DNA of 63,349 nucleotides, the filler included, from Octopus bimaculoides (lineage: Eukaryota): assembly GCF_001194135.2 (NCBI RefSeq). It is 4 parts of 4 records of this genome, joined end to end, with 100 filler letters (N's around TTAATTAATTAA, not from the genome) between each part and the next. Parts side by side here need not be neighbours in the genome. Positions count along the whole stretch, not along the records: positions 24,043 to 48,003 come from NC_068982.1; positions 48,104 to 59,610 come from NC_068994.1; 2 more parts are not named here. One strand, 5' to 3'. How positions within the stretch are numbered: position 1 is the first letter of the stretch; each line of letters begins with the position of its first letter. The notes under the pieces were generated by a model. The model did not search any database, was not told the origin of the DNA, and saw only the letters and a program-made list of their open reading frames with translations. This document shows positions 40,406 through 53,202 of this stretch, piece by piece. The translations under genes were made by a program, and so were the position numbers.

Positions 40406-41012
40406 TTGCCCAGAGGCCTACGCAAAGTTGCAGAAAAGGTATGGAGAGGAGTTTATAAGTCGCACACAAGTGTATGGGTGGTTCAGACGTTTCCAAGATG
40501 GCCGAAAAAATGTCAATATTCATGAACGTTCTAGGAGACCCGCAACCAGCAAAACTGAGAAAGATATCATAGATGTGTGTGCACCTGTGAGGGGAATTCG
40601 TCGAATCACCATCTGCGAGATATCAGAGGATGTGCAGATTAGTTTCGGTTCAGTTCAGTCCATTGTCACTGTAGATTTGGGTTTGAATTGTAAGAAATCT
40701 CCTTGATTGTGTCGTGAATGATCAAAACGTTTTGAAAACTTTGCATAGGCCTCTGAGCAGATATCGCCAAGCTTTTGACAAAATTTGAGGCACATTCTCT
40801 GGTCAACTTTCTTTGTTATGGTCAAAGCGACGATCACACGCTACACACCTTCCTTCTAAGTACTGCTGGAAACAGTAGAAGTGACACAAAACGTTAAAAC
40901 TTAGTGCGCATGCACAGCAGAGTTCAAGGTCAATCTATGCCAAACGGCTTCACTCTGTGTGCTTTAGCTTCGTTACTATGGCAAGAGCCCGGATACTTAT
41001 TGATCAGACTAC

Positions 41013-41013
<1 letters not shown>
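40406..41013 (+). mobile_element. Fold-back non-autonomous mariner derivative, copy 2
   Basis: ORF 40428-40706 (+) SRTQVYGWFRRFQDGRKNV..RSRRPATS and ORF 40655-40837 (-) DQRMCLKFCQKLGD. Same internal junction and same terminus (gatacttattgatcagac..cg + TA) as copy 1. Confidence 0.85.
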
Positions 41014-41044
<31 letters not shown>

Positions 41045-41573
41045 NNNNNNNNNNNNNNNNNNNNNNNNNNNNNNNNNNNNNNNNNNNNNNNNNNNNNNNN
41101 NNNNNNNNNNNNNNNNNNNNNNNNNNNNNNNNNNNNNNNNNNNNNNNNNNNNNNNNNNNNNNNNNNNNNNNNNNNNNNNNNNNNNNNNNNNNNNNNNNNN
41201 NNNNNNNNNNNNNNNNNNNNNNNNNNNNNNNNNNNNNNNNNNNNNNNNNNNNNNNNNNNNNNNNNNNNNNNNNNNNNNNNNNNNNNNNNNNNNNNNNNNN
41301 NNNNNNNNNNNNNNNNNNNNNNNNNNNNNNNNNNNNNNNNNNNNNNNNNNNNNNNNNNNNNNNNNNNNNNNNNNNNNNNNNNNNNNNNNNNNNNNNNNNN
41401 NNNNNNNNNNNNNNNNNNNNNNNNNNNNNNNNNNNNNNNNNNNNNNNNNNNNNNNNNNNNNNNNNNNNNNNNNNNNNNNNNNTATATATATATATATATA
41501 GTATGCCTGAACATCTAAACAACTTTATTTGAAGCAATGGTCCTGATGTAGAGTTCAATATATTTTTATGTTA

Positions 41574-41618
<45 letters not shown>

Positions 41619-41644
41619 CGGTATAAACAGAAATAAATAAATAA

Positions 41645-41706
<62 letters not shown>

Positions 41707-41731
41707 CGAAACTCCACGAACTATTCTGCCT

Positions 41732-41941
41732 ATGTCTGTGCACACCTTTCAATGCAATGTATGCCAGAAGATTTGCAAATCTAACGGAGACCTCGAAAGA
41801 CATTTTAAGATCCACAAAGATCCGAACCTATCTGCAGCTCTTGGTGATCCAAATCGGATATGCAATCTATGTGGGCGTCCTTTCAAAACATTGTCTGTTT
41901 TAAAAAGTCACATCAAATGTCATGATGGTTCTAAGGTGTAG
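41732..41941 (+). CDS. Intact two-finger C2H2 zinc-finger ORF (69 aa), possibly the 3' end of a LINE
   Basis: CNVC-x12-HFKIH and CNLC-x12-HIKCH both fit Cx2Cx12Hx3H. The linker is long and not TGEKP. Confidence 0.65.
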   Translation: MSVHTFQCNVCQKICKSNGDLERHFKIHKDPNLSAALGDPNRICNLCGRPFKTLSVLKSHIKCHDGSKV

Positions 41942-43429
41942 GTACATGAGGTGGTCAAGCTCTGCATAAGGAGTAGACAACCACCATATATCTATGTATG
42001 CATATTTGTATGTATATATGTACGTGTGCGCTTATGTACGCATACATATATATCTGCATATATATACATATCCATACACATCCATATACATAAGCGCAGG
42101 CACGTGTGTGTACGAGAGGGTACGTGTGCATGCGTATGCATGAATGCATGTTTCCAAATATATATTTCTATAAATATATATTTGTAGAAAAAGTGAAAGA
42201 AAAGCGTTGGACAGCTTGACACTTACATACATAGATAGGTGGACAGATGTGAACATGTATGTATATATANNNNNNNNNNNNNNNNNNNNNNNNNNNNNNN
42301 NNNNNNNNNNNNNNNNNNNNNNNNNNNNNNNNNNNNNNNNNNNNNNNNNNNNNNNNNNNNNNNNNNNNNNNNNNNNNNNNNNNNNNNNNNNNNNNNNNNN
42401 NNNNNNNNNNNNNNNNNNNNNNNNNNNNNNNNNNNNNNNNNNNNNNNNNNNNNNNNNNNNNNNNNNNNNNNNNNNNNNNNNNNNNNNNNNNNNNNNNNNN
42501 NNNNNNNNNNNNNNNNNNNNNNNNNNNNNNNNNNNNNNNNNNNNNNNNNNNNNNNNNNNNNNNNNNNNNNNNNNNNNNNNNNNNNNNNNNNNNNNNNNNN
42601 NNNNNNNNNNNNNNNNNNNNNNNNNNNNNNNNNNNNNNNNNNNNNNNNNNNNNNNNNNNNNNNNNNNNNNNNNNNNNNNNNNNNNNNNNNNNNNNNNNNN
42701 NNNNNNNNNNNNNNNNNNNNNNNNNNNNNNNNNNNNNNNNNNNNNNNNNNNNNNNNNNNNNNNNNNNNNNNNNNNNNNNNNNNNNNNNNNNNNNNNNNNN
42801 NNNNNNNNNNNNNNNNNNNNNNNNNNNNNNNNNNNNNNNNNNNNNNNNNNNNNNNNNNNNNNNNNNNNNNNNNNNNNNNNNNNNNNNNNNNNNNNNNNNN
42901 NNNNNNNNNNNNNNNNNNNNNNNNNNNNNNNNNNNNNNNNNNNNNNNNNNNNNNNNNNNNNNNNNNNNNNNNNNNNNNNNNNNNNNNNNNNNNNNNNNNN
43001 NNNNNNNNNNNNNNNNNNNNNNNNNNNNNNNNNNNNNNNNNNNNNNNNNNNNNNNNNNNNNNNNNNNNNNNNNNNNNNNNNNNNNNNNNNNNNNNNNNNN
43101 NNNNNNNNNNNNNNNNNNNNNNNNNNNNNNNNNNNNNNNNNNNNNNNNNNNNNNNNNNNNNNNNNNNNNNNNNNNNNNNNNNNNNNNNNNNNNNNNNNNN
43201 NNNNNNNNNNNNNNNNNNNNNNNNNNNNNNNNNNNNNNNNNNNNNNACATACACCGAAACGCACACGCACGAATACACAAGCACACACGCATACATACCC
43301 ACAAGAGCATACATATACACAAACACACATAAAAGAAAGAACTGTAGACAACTGCGCGCCAAATGAGAACACTAAAGAACAATAATTGAACAAGAGAAAC
43401 GAGGTGAAGAAGAAACAGCAGCAGCAGCA

Positions 43430-43501
43430 TTATTATTATTATTATTATTAGTAGTAGTAGTAGTAGTAGTAGCAGCAGCAGCAATAGTAGTAGTTATAGT
43501 A

Positions 43502-43557
<56 letters not shown>

Positions 43558-43578
43558 TGAAGCAGTAGCAGTAGCAGC

Positions 43579-43627
<49 letters not shown>

Positions 43628-43636
43628 ATAGTAGTA
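43430..43636. repeat. (ATT)(AGT/AGC)n microsatellite
   Basis: Direct reading of the sequence. Confidence 0.95.
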
Positions 43637-45054
43637 TAGTCCAGAAATGTGTTTGTTTCCTATAGGTTTTGGAAGCCAGCCCGTCGAATGGATTCTAACT
43701 GTATTTCAGAACTCCAGCCTTCTTAATTTTGTGTGATATTTGTTCTGCTTAAGGACTACATGAGGTGTACGCCCTTCCATGGTATACTAAACCACTTTCC
43801 TACACATTCAATGAACAGTTAGTTCAGCTGATTAAACACGTGAAAACTCATCATCGAAACTGCCGGAGATCCATTAACTTTTAAAACAGTTATTGTTACA
43901 TGTAAAGGTTAAATTTCACTACACACAGAAAAGAAAAAGACAAAATACAAATAACCAAAAAAATTAAAAGAGTCTATAGTAAATGGCAAAGCATCTGAAC
44001 ACTGCACTTTTAGCTAAATGCTTCGATTCTGGTATTGAAAGGTATACCGAGCTAATTCAGCGGAAAATGTTGGGTAATAGATAGTGTAAGCGGGTTAAAA
44101 GACAAAGTAATTATGAAATAATAATAGATATATTATAAGAATATTTTAGAAGTGACATAGTTGCTACGTTCTAATAGAGAAATTGACCCTGGACTATTTA
44201 TTTTATGCTAAAAGTCGTTAGTAGAGGTACGACGTGTTAACGTGTTATCATAGCCACATACAGTTTTTGGTAGACTTTTGTGGTCACGTGATATCCGATT
44301 CCTAGCAGACAGAGTGAAGATGATGACCTTTAAACTCTACCCTGATTGTCTGCTGAACTCCCCAACGAAGAAGTGAAATTGTATGAGAAGCTGGTAACTA
44401 CATCTTGAATATAAGAGATACAGAGTGGTTGCACGAGGGGTGTGTCACACAAGCATGGAAAATCAATCATATCAGCAACATTTCAAATTTGTTAGGCCCT
44501 ATCTTAACAAACATCTGCTGAAAGATGGTACAAGACTGGGAATTTTCCCAATTCAAGAAATGGGTGTAAGAATAGGGGCACTCTAGAGAAAGGATGCGAA
44601 AAATGCTAACCAATAAATGAATGACCCATAATTCTGTTAAACATTTTTGTCAAGTAGTTTTTGTCAAGCGGTGTGATTCTAGTAATATTCATTCAAAGCT
44701 TGCTACAATTCATATGTTAGGCTGTAGAGAGAATTGAATTTATATTTAGCGCTAATGAGGCTCTGTAACTTTAGATCAATCTGTAAAGCAGTCATTCTCA
44801 AAGTGGACAGTGAAAAAATCCAAGGGAACAATGATGAAAAAAAAGGGCCGTTGAAGAGTGATAGAGTGGTCCTTCTGCGTAGCGGCACACGATTTAATCA
44901 TTTATTTAAATTTATATAACTTTAAGCAGTGTTTTATTTATATTTCGTGAATGCATGTTGTACATATGTAGACTAGGTTCTGCTCTGTATTTGTAAACCA
45001 CCCCTGTGTTATCGGAACTATTTCGACAGAGTGCAAGCATGGCCACGTGTTTAA

Positions 45055-45542
45055 GAGCTAATGTCCCCACTCAGCCTTAAATGGCACCCGCGGACCATGT
45101 TTTCTGGGTTATTTCCCTTCATCGGGACAGGATAACTGCTTAGAAATAGCAGTACAAGGTCCTGTTCGAAGTATATACATTTAAAGTGACACACAGTCTC
45201 TGATCTCGTAAAGAGGAAAACCATTAGTTTTAAACCTCTGAGCGAGAAGCAGTAACAGTACTACAAAGTAAAATCTATTTGCCAACGCAAGTTGGCAGTC
45301 CTGATTAGGAAATAACCCAGAAACCATCATCCAAAGGTACTTAAGGCTGAATGGGGACATTAGCTCCCTTGTTCAAGATACAAGGACGCAGTTGTACGTC
45401 GGTAGCCAGCTGGAAATGATGTTTTCCTGCGGCTGAAAAAGGTAGTAATATCGTCCTAATCAGGACTGCCAACTTACGTTGGCAAATACATTTTATTCTG
45501 TAGTACTGCTACTACTTACTTCTCGCTCAGAGGTTTAAAACT
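45055..45542. repeat. Interleaved inverted repeats A-B-A'-B'
   Basis: A 45055-45129 pairs with A' 45298-45366; B 45226-45310 pairs with B' 45454-45542. Confidence 0.85.
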
Positions 45543-45544
45543 GC

Positions 45545-45606
<62 letters not shown>

Positions 45607-46159
45607 ACGTAAATGTAAAACAATGCGAATGAGTGCTCAACACCGTATTGATGAACAAAGATACTTTATTTGTGTATTAAGACTACCATTGGTTTCATGT
45701 TAAGGAAATATCATATCTTAACAATTCTTTTAAGCCGATCAAATGGAGGGATGGTATTCGTCTCCATTTTGGATTAAAACATGAAAAAATCATAGGAACT
45801 CACGATAAAGACTTGTGAGAATTTTGGTAAATAAAACAAGAAAGTAAGGGAGACGACTCTTGGGCAACAACTTTTGGGTGGTTATCTTCCTTGGGTTTAA
45901 CTTTTGGGGAAAAATTGTGCTGAATGAACTTTGTATATATTATGTTATATCCTGGGTATATGTAGTATTCGTATGTTTGTGTGTCAGGGAAGTATATCAT
46001 GAGGGCATGTGTCTTCTGTGTGTAGAGTTCGTATGATGTATACATTTAATGTTCACGTTCAGATAAAAACTTGTCCTGGTAGGACCAGTAGAGTGGTTGG
46101 TGGTTCCTCTTTGAGATGTCGGAGTGTAAATAGTGCCTGTGCATGCAGGAAGAGAAGTT

Positions 46160-46466
46160 TTCATCCCTCTTTTGCCGAACCGCCAAGTTATGGGGATGCA
46201 AACACAACACCGGTTGTCAAGTGGTGGTGGTGGTGTGAGGAAGGACAAACAAAGACAGAAAGACACACACATGCATAGATATACATTATAATTACGTATA
46301 TATTTACGACGGGATTCTTTCAGTTTCCGTCTAACAAATCTACCCAGATGACTTTGGTCGGCCCGAGGCTACAGTAGAAGACACTTGCCCCAGGTACTAC
46401 GCAGAGATATTAAAACCGGAACCATGTGGTCAGGATGCAAGTTTCTTACCACAGAGCCATGCTTCC
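46160..46466 (-). mobile_element. Family A SINE
   Basis: ctttcagtttccgtct...ggtcggcccgaggctacagtagaagacacttgccc...ggaaccatgtgg. Confidence 0.85.
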
Positions 46467-46470
46467 ATAT

Positions 46471-46518
<48 letters not shown>

Positions 46519-46968
46519 NNNNNNNNNNNNNNNNNNNNNNNNNNNNNNNNNNNNNNNNNNNNNNNNNNNNNNNNNNNNNNNNNNNNNNNNNNNNNNNNNN
46601 NNNNNNNNNNNNNNNNNNNNNNNNNNNNNNNNNNNNNNNNNNNNNNNNNNNNNNNNNNNNNNNNNNNNNNNNNNNNNNNNNNNNNNNNNNNNNNNNNNNN
46701 NNNNNNNNNNNNNNNNNNNNNNNNNNNNNNNNNNNNNNNNNNNNNNNNNNNNNNNNNNNNNNNNNNNNNNNNNNNNNNNNNNNNNNNNNNNNNNNNNNNN
46801 NNNNNNNNNNNNNNNNNNNNNNNNNNNNNNNNNNNNNNNNNNNNNNNNNNNNNNNNNNNNNNNNNNNNNNNNNNNNNNNNNNNNNNNNNNNNNNNNNNNN
46901 NNNNNNNNNNNNNNNNNNNNNNNNNNNNNNNNNNNNNNNNNNNNNNNNNNNNNNNNNNNNNNNNNNNN

Positions 46969-47001
<33 letters not shown>

Positions 47002-48003
47002 CATAAAGAAACGTTGATCATAGAACAAACATCAAATTCGAGTCAATGACTTTATATATGACACAATACCTCCAAATATCTGATCATATATAAATATTAC
47101 CATGGCTCTTAAACATATAAAATATACATATACAAAAAAGAAAAACAGATGGTAAAAATATATATGCGGATACAAATACAAATATATAGAACGGCTTATC
47201 AAAAAAGGGAAATACAATCGACTAAAAATTCTAAAGCGTGTCATGCTACTAAAAATCTAAATAAACTAAAATAAAATAATATATCAATCGACTAAAAAAG
47301 GTTTTTACTCCCCTCACACAAAAGAGTACGTCCAAAAATGTTCAATTCGTATAACCATAGTGTGTTAGAGTCCAGGAGCAAAAAGAGTTCCACAAAATCA
47401 AATCAAACACACCTATGGCCATTTCGGGAGTGATCACTGTTAGTGTTTATAAGAATCAGAACCATTGTTTCAGTTACCTGTTACAATAGGCCTATAATTA
47501 ATTGATTAACAGGATAGAGTCTTCTGCGATATCATCTCACATTGTCTGCATGGAATTAAATGCGACTAGAACCTGAATCATTTTTTTTCTATCCACTGTC
47601 ATAAAAAGAAAATTGTCGTCAATTGGTTTCTTTGTAAAACTGTAATTGGATCTATTTTAAAACGGGGGCACCAGTATTTTCTTAACGAAACACTAACGAA
47701 ACACTTTGAAACTTGGGACACTGGTAGAATGTGTCATATAAAACATCTTTTACTCTTAGTCTTCTTAACAAAAAAAAAGGAATTCGCAAGTTATTCCATG
47801 TTAAAGTTGCCGTATTTCTGTAATTTCAACCAATCACTGACGTCTATTCAGCTCAATAGAGTTACTGCTGGGCGGTCATAAAAATGTTATTCCCTGTGAC
47901 ATATTTCATCCGGTTTAATCGTAATTTATACGCATATATTGTTTATATAATAAATTACGCTGTGCGTATCTAAGTGTGTAACAATTTTAGAGTTCGGATT
48001 CTA

Positions 48004-48103
48004 NNNNNNNNNNNNNNNNNNNNNNNNNNNNNNNNNNNNNNNNNNNNTTAATTAATTAANNNNNNNNNNNNNNNNNNNNNNNNNNNNNNNNNNNNNNNNN
48101 NNN
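48004..48103. other. Artificial 100-bp join (44 N + TTAATTAATTAA + 44 N)
   Basis: Spacer at 48048-48059. Confidence 0.95.
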
Positions 48104-48217
48104 AAGGGATGTAGGATGGCTAAACGTTAAAAACATTGAAGATTTTTTAAAATGTAAGGAAGAAAATGAGAGAGAGAGGGAGGGAGAAGAAGAAGAAGAA
48201 GAAGAAGAAGAAGAAGA

Positions 48218-48253
<36 letters not shown>

Positions 48254-48301
48254 GAGAAAGAGAGAAATAGAGAGAGAGAAATAGAGAGAGAGAGAAAGAA
48301 A

Positions 48302-49680
48302 ACAGTCATCAGAAAGACGAAAACTGTTTACCCACTCCCGACTAAAAGAAGATGGCAGGGTGATCTTCACGATAGACTTGGCCAATAGCCGAATCCGTCC
48401 TACACGCGACAACAGCTGTTCAACAAAGCGCCACGAGTCAGCAATGCCTGGGTATTGGGCGAATGCATACAGAACGGTTTTATCGCTCTGCGCACATCTC
48501 GGATATGTCCGTCTGATAGCAATTCTGTACCTTTAGAGCTTGTCTCGAACTGGTAGAGCACCCCGGTAGCACTACTAGGCAAGGGATTTCTGGATATTGT
48601 CCATAGGCCCCGGCTCGAAAGTCTCCTCCGATGAAGATCATCGAAATGATCTTTCCCGGCGACCAGAGATTCACCGAGGACGTCATCGCTCTTGCTCGCC
48701 ACTGAACCCTTATAGAATATCAACGTGACACTTCCATCGACTGCGTTGCCCGACTGACGCTCCAGGGGCCAAGAGCTCTGCCTCGGTCTATGCTTGATCC
48801 AGGACTGCAGTTCGTCAATGAGACGAGCTCTACAGAATCCCGTCTAACAAACGGTAACCAAATCTGCTCACCGTCAAGGAAAGGTTGGAGGTATCGCAGC
48901 CTCAGCCCATGTCTGCACAGCTTGGTCAACTGTATGCTTAGCCCTCCTCGTAGCGGCTGCTGACAGCAAATGAGCCGTCTGAGAAGCGGAACCCGCCCCT
49001 TCCATAGAAAGCAAAAGAGTATGCGCTTCAGCTTGATCAGCAATGGAGCCGGGCAAAAGACGACGGTCAGACGTAAGTAGATGACGGGTGCGATGTACGC
49101 ATACGCCAACTCCGCCTAACTTTTCATGGACAACTTCTCGCCCTGTTTCTGGGTAAGGCTGGCCACCTTGCTCGTTACTTTTCCTCACCTAGTTCTTGTC
49201 TACTTGGACCAAACGAGACCCCGATCAGTTTAACCAGTCCGTCCGTTCAGCGCCCTACGACACTATCGGGTGACATGGACTTGCCTCTCCAAGTACTGAG
49301 CTGCAGACCCACTGACTTCTCGTGACACGTGAGCCAGCACATCGAGAAGAAGCGAGAGTGAACATTCTTGGCAGACCGAACGCTCGATGCTAAACGATTC
49401 CTATAGGAGGATATCTTACTTTAACCATCGAGCAGATGTCACTGTGCATTGTAGCGATCAAGCCTTTAAAAACAGGACCAAAACCGACTGCTATGAGGAC
49501 AGCTGTCAAGTATTCATGGTTGACCCTACCGAAAGCCTTGGGTGCAGCCTTGATCAATCTGGGTTTATCGAAAGCTTTCAATATTGATCCAAATTGTTCA
49601 AAGCCTCATCCATGCCAGACTCCTTACCTATTCTCTCTATATAGATATATTGTACCACGTGAGGTGGAGGTTGTCGTGGA
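48302..49680 (-). mobile_element. L1/Tx1-clade LINE ORF2 fragment (reverse transcriptase and downstream region)
   Basis: IHDNLHL...LDQ.KAF, KAFGRVNHEYLTAVL..GFGP and LFCFLWKG....QPLRGGL motifs, with stops and frameshifts. Confidence 0.9.
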
Positions 49681-49699
49681 TAGATCTGTTAGGGATATT

Positions 49700-50360
49700 G
49701 CATGTCTGCCCTTTGCCAATCGTATACAGTTCAAAGATTGACTCAAACAGTAGTGATCAACTTAAAATATATATTGAGGCAACGGAACACGCATTAAAAA
49801 ACAATTATTACAAACATAAACACTCACTTGTAAGCCCGACAGAAAATGTGCGACGGCGTTGTTGAGGTTTATATGGCTCTTGTGTGAGACAAGTTACCAT
49901 GAATTAAAAATTACCTAGTCTGTTGTAGATAATACACAACCTTACAGGAACGGTGAGCTGGCAGAAACGTTAGCACGCCGGGCGAAATGCTTAGCCGTAT
50001 TTCATCTGCCGTTACGTTCTGAGTTCAAATTCCGCCAAGGTCGACTTTGCCTTTTATCCTTTCGGGGTCGATAAATTAAATACCAGTTATGCACTGGGAT
50101 AGATGTGATCGACTTAATCCGTTTGTCTGTCCTTGTTTGTTCCCTCTATGTTTAGCCCCTTGTGAGCAATAAAGAAATAAGATAATGCACAATCTTACAG
50201 GAACGGGAACTTCAAATCAAAAGTGCGGTGTGACCTTTGTTTGAGCGAAAAACTGGGAATTGTGATTCAAAGCACTAATAGTTTGAACAGAAGAAAGGAG
50301 CGGTTAACACCTTGTATGTATGCGGCTAAGCATCTTTTATGCAAATACAAGTCGCCTTGA
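49700..50360 (+). mobile_element. Penelope-like GIY-YIG endonuclease remnant interrupted by a SINE
   Basis: IVYSSKI..KIYIEATEHALKNNYYKHKHS before the SINE; DNAQSY..RCDLCLSEKL..NSLNRRKE..KHLL* (50181-50360) after it. Confidence 0.85.
49954..50180 (+). mobile_element. Family B SINE with a 23-26-bp target-site duplication
   Basis: gataatacacaaccttacaggaacgg (49928-49953) versus gataatgcacaatcttacaggaacgg (50181-50206). Confidence 0.92.
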
Positions 50361-50950
50361 ATTTTATTCTGGTTCAGAGAGAGAAAACAAAAGGGTTGGT
50401 TTTGGAAATGTTTAATTAATAGGTTTTATTGAAATAAATTTTAAATATGTGTGTACGTGTCTAAATGTGAGTATGCATTTAAGCATATGTGTATATGTAT
50501 ATAAGTATGTGTGTATACATGAATATATAATTCTGTGTATATATTTGTGTCTGCGTCTGCACAGGCGCATACAAAACGAACTTCCGCTTACACATTCATT
50601 GTTTTTTCAAAACGTTAATTAAAAGTATCATTTTGGAAACATTGCTTAAACAGCAACGCAATTTCATAACTTCGATTGTATGAAGTTTATGACGTTTTCA
50701 GAATAATATTACCATGAGAACCAGAAAATAAATCTAAAGCAGCAGCTTGAAAGCAGCCGTTTGCGCAAGTGTCGCTCAATTTTCTAAACGAAAGAACTGA
50801 ACGATAAGCGTTTCCTGCAAGCTTTCATTTCATATTTCAAAAAATTATTCAGGCGGTAAATATTCAATAGAAAACCGGGCTCTATTTACCAGCTCATTAT
50901 CAGAAACGAGTAACTTGGGATATTGGAAATCGGAGCCATTCAGTTATAGT

Positions 50951-51332
50951 TGTTGGCACTGCATCGCTTACGACGTCGAGGGTTCCAGTTGATCCGATCA
51001 ACGGAATAGCCTGCTCGTGAAATTAACGTGCAAGTGGCTGAGTACTCCACTGACACGTGTACCTTTAACGTAGTACTCGGGGATATTCAGCGTGACACAG
51101 TGTGACAAGGCTGACCCTTTGAATTACAGGCACAACAGAAACAGGAAGTAAGAGAGAGAAAAAGTTGTGGTGGAAGAGTACAGCAGGGTTCGCCACCACC
51201 CCCTGCCGGAGCCTCGTGGAGCTTTAGGTGTTTTCGTTCAATAAACACTCACAACGCCCGGTCTGGGAATCGAAGCAACGATCCTATGACCGCGAGTCCA
51301 CTGCCCTAACCACTGGGCCATTGCGCCTCCAC
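50951..51332 (-). mobile_element. Family C SINE, full length, with a perfect 11-bp target duplication
   Basis: tcagttatagt at 50940-50950 and 51333-51343; closely similar to 5871-6255. Confidence 0.93.
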
Positions 51333-51419
51333 TCAGTTATAGTATTTAAAGAATATTCTACATTTGTATTGAGTGCTGTAATTCATCGCTCCTGGTAAAT
51401 CAACACAAATTTATTTAAC

Positions 51420-52031
51420 CGACCTGTTATGCTCATGCAAGGACAGATCATGCATGAGCAGAAATGTACTGTATAAGTGCACAGTAAACGCTAGAGGAGG
51501 CCCCTACGTGTATATCGGTGCATCGGCTGATATTTTCAAAAGTCGGTGTCGCAACCATATTGCCAGCTTTCGAAAAATCCATAAACGGAATGTAACATCA
51601 TTAGCTGATTTTGTTTGGAGACCCAAGGAAGAGAAGGCAAAATACAACCTGGCCGGTCAATAATTAAACGCGCAAGTCCCTATAAGACACTATCCCGAAA
51701 ATGCCAGCTATGTTCCGAGGAGTCACTCAATATTATTAACAAAGGAGCGCATTATAAACAGATTTATGGAACGATTACCCAGGTGCATACATACGGCTAA
51801 ACACATGTTCACATAATACAATCCAAACCACACCTAACTGATACAAATCTAAGACCTACAACTCAGATTAATCCTCCTCAGTTAAAGCCTAATGAACTGT
51901 AACCATGAAACCTATACTAAAGAAGAACTGTATGCGAATAACATGCATTTAGACATCTAACTTTACAATGCAGCTATGCATAATTACTATCAAACTTGAT
52001 AGATGGACAGGAAAGTCGAGATGCATAAAGC
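51420..52031 (+). mobile_element. Second Penelope-like GIY-YIG remnant with 3' tail
   Basis: VLYKCTV..YVYIGASADIFKSRCRNHIASF..TSLADFVW followed by SIIKRASPY...KCQLCSEE; eroded hammerhead-like motif at about 51995-52031. Confidence 0.88.
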
Positions 52032-52261
52032 TAAACGCAAACGCTGGATTCTTTATATGGGTATGTGTGTAAGTACATATGTGTGTGTATCTGTGTGAGT
52101 CTACACATATACATATAAGGAGCGTGATTGTGTGTAGGTGCTTGTGTAAGTACGTGTGTGCGTGTGTGTGTGTGTGGGAGGGGGGGGTGTCCGCGTCTGT
52201 AGGAAGCTATATGTAGGTGTGAGGATGTATACATGTACGAATATCTGTGTCTTGCATATAT

Positions 52262-52296
<35 letters not shown>

Positions 52297-52382
52297 CATA
52301 CACACATATATATATACATGTGTATATGTGTATATGAGTATGAAAATATATATGTATGTATGTCAATAAGTGGTGTATGTCC

Positions 52383-52441
<59 letters not shown>

Positions 52442-52570
52442 GGGCAGGGAATCGTCAATTAGTAATAAAATTAATAATTAACAATTTGGAATCAGTAGTT
52501 CTTTGGCTGCTATTTCTGAATTCTCAGTATGTTGGAGAAGCAGGTTACTGTCAATCCCTATATATTTATG

Positions 52571-52606
<36 letters not shown>

Positions 52607-52741
52607 TGTATGTATGTAAATGTTTGTGTGTCTGTCTATATATGTTTGTGTGTGTATGTCTGGATCTATGTATCTATCTATATGTCTATGCATGTGCGTA
52701 TTTATATATATGTATTAGTATGTATTAGTATGTATGTATGA

Positions 52742-52830
<89 letters not shown>

Positions 52831-52887
52831 CATACATATACATATATATATATATATACTTTATAAAAAAGCAGCAAAAATATCACA

Positions 52888-52933
52888 AAAACTGTTACTC
52901 AGAGTTTCACGTTCCCGTTCGTCGGACAGTTTT
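52888..52933 (-). ncRNA. Minimal type I hammerhead ribozyme fold (U4C core variant)
   Basis: aaaactgt-CCGACGA-acg(ggaa)cgt-GAAA-ctctgag-TA-acagtttt: 8-bp stem I, GNRA-capped stem II, near-palindromic stem III, GUA triplet. Confidence 0.82.
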
Positions 52934-53202
52934 GTTTAGATATCTGTGTATGTTTGTCTGTCTATCTGTCTGCATGTACATGTACTTGACTAAGAATTAG
53001 TTTTCTTTTCTCCTTTTGATTCCCCTAAGCAGTTATGACAGCAAAAGCTGATTAGGTCATTTATCGAAACACAAACGCAAGATTTCCACGTTCATATTTG
53101 AATCTTTTGCGTTTCTCTAATATTATTTGCTTCTATTCGTTCCCTAACTTCATGGACATATAGCAACAAGGCAGCCGACATTAAAAATCTGTAGTGAGAC
53201 AT

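Noticed and set aside
47663-48003. Possible DNA transposon end starting gggggcacc
   Set aside because: The other end is lost at the artificial join, so no inverted repeat or target duplication can be shown.
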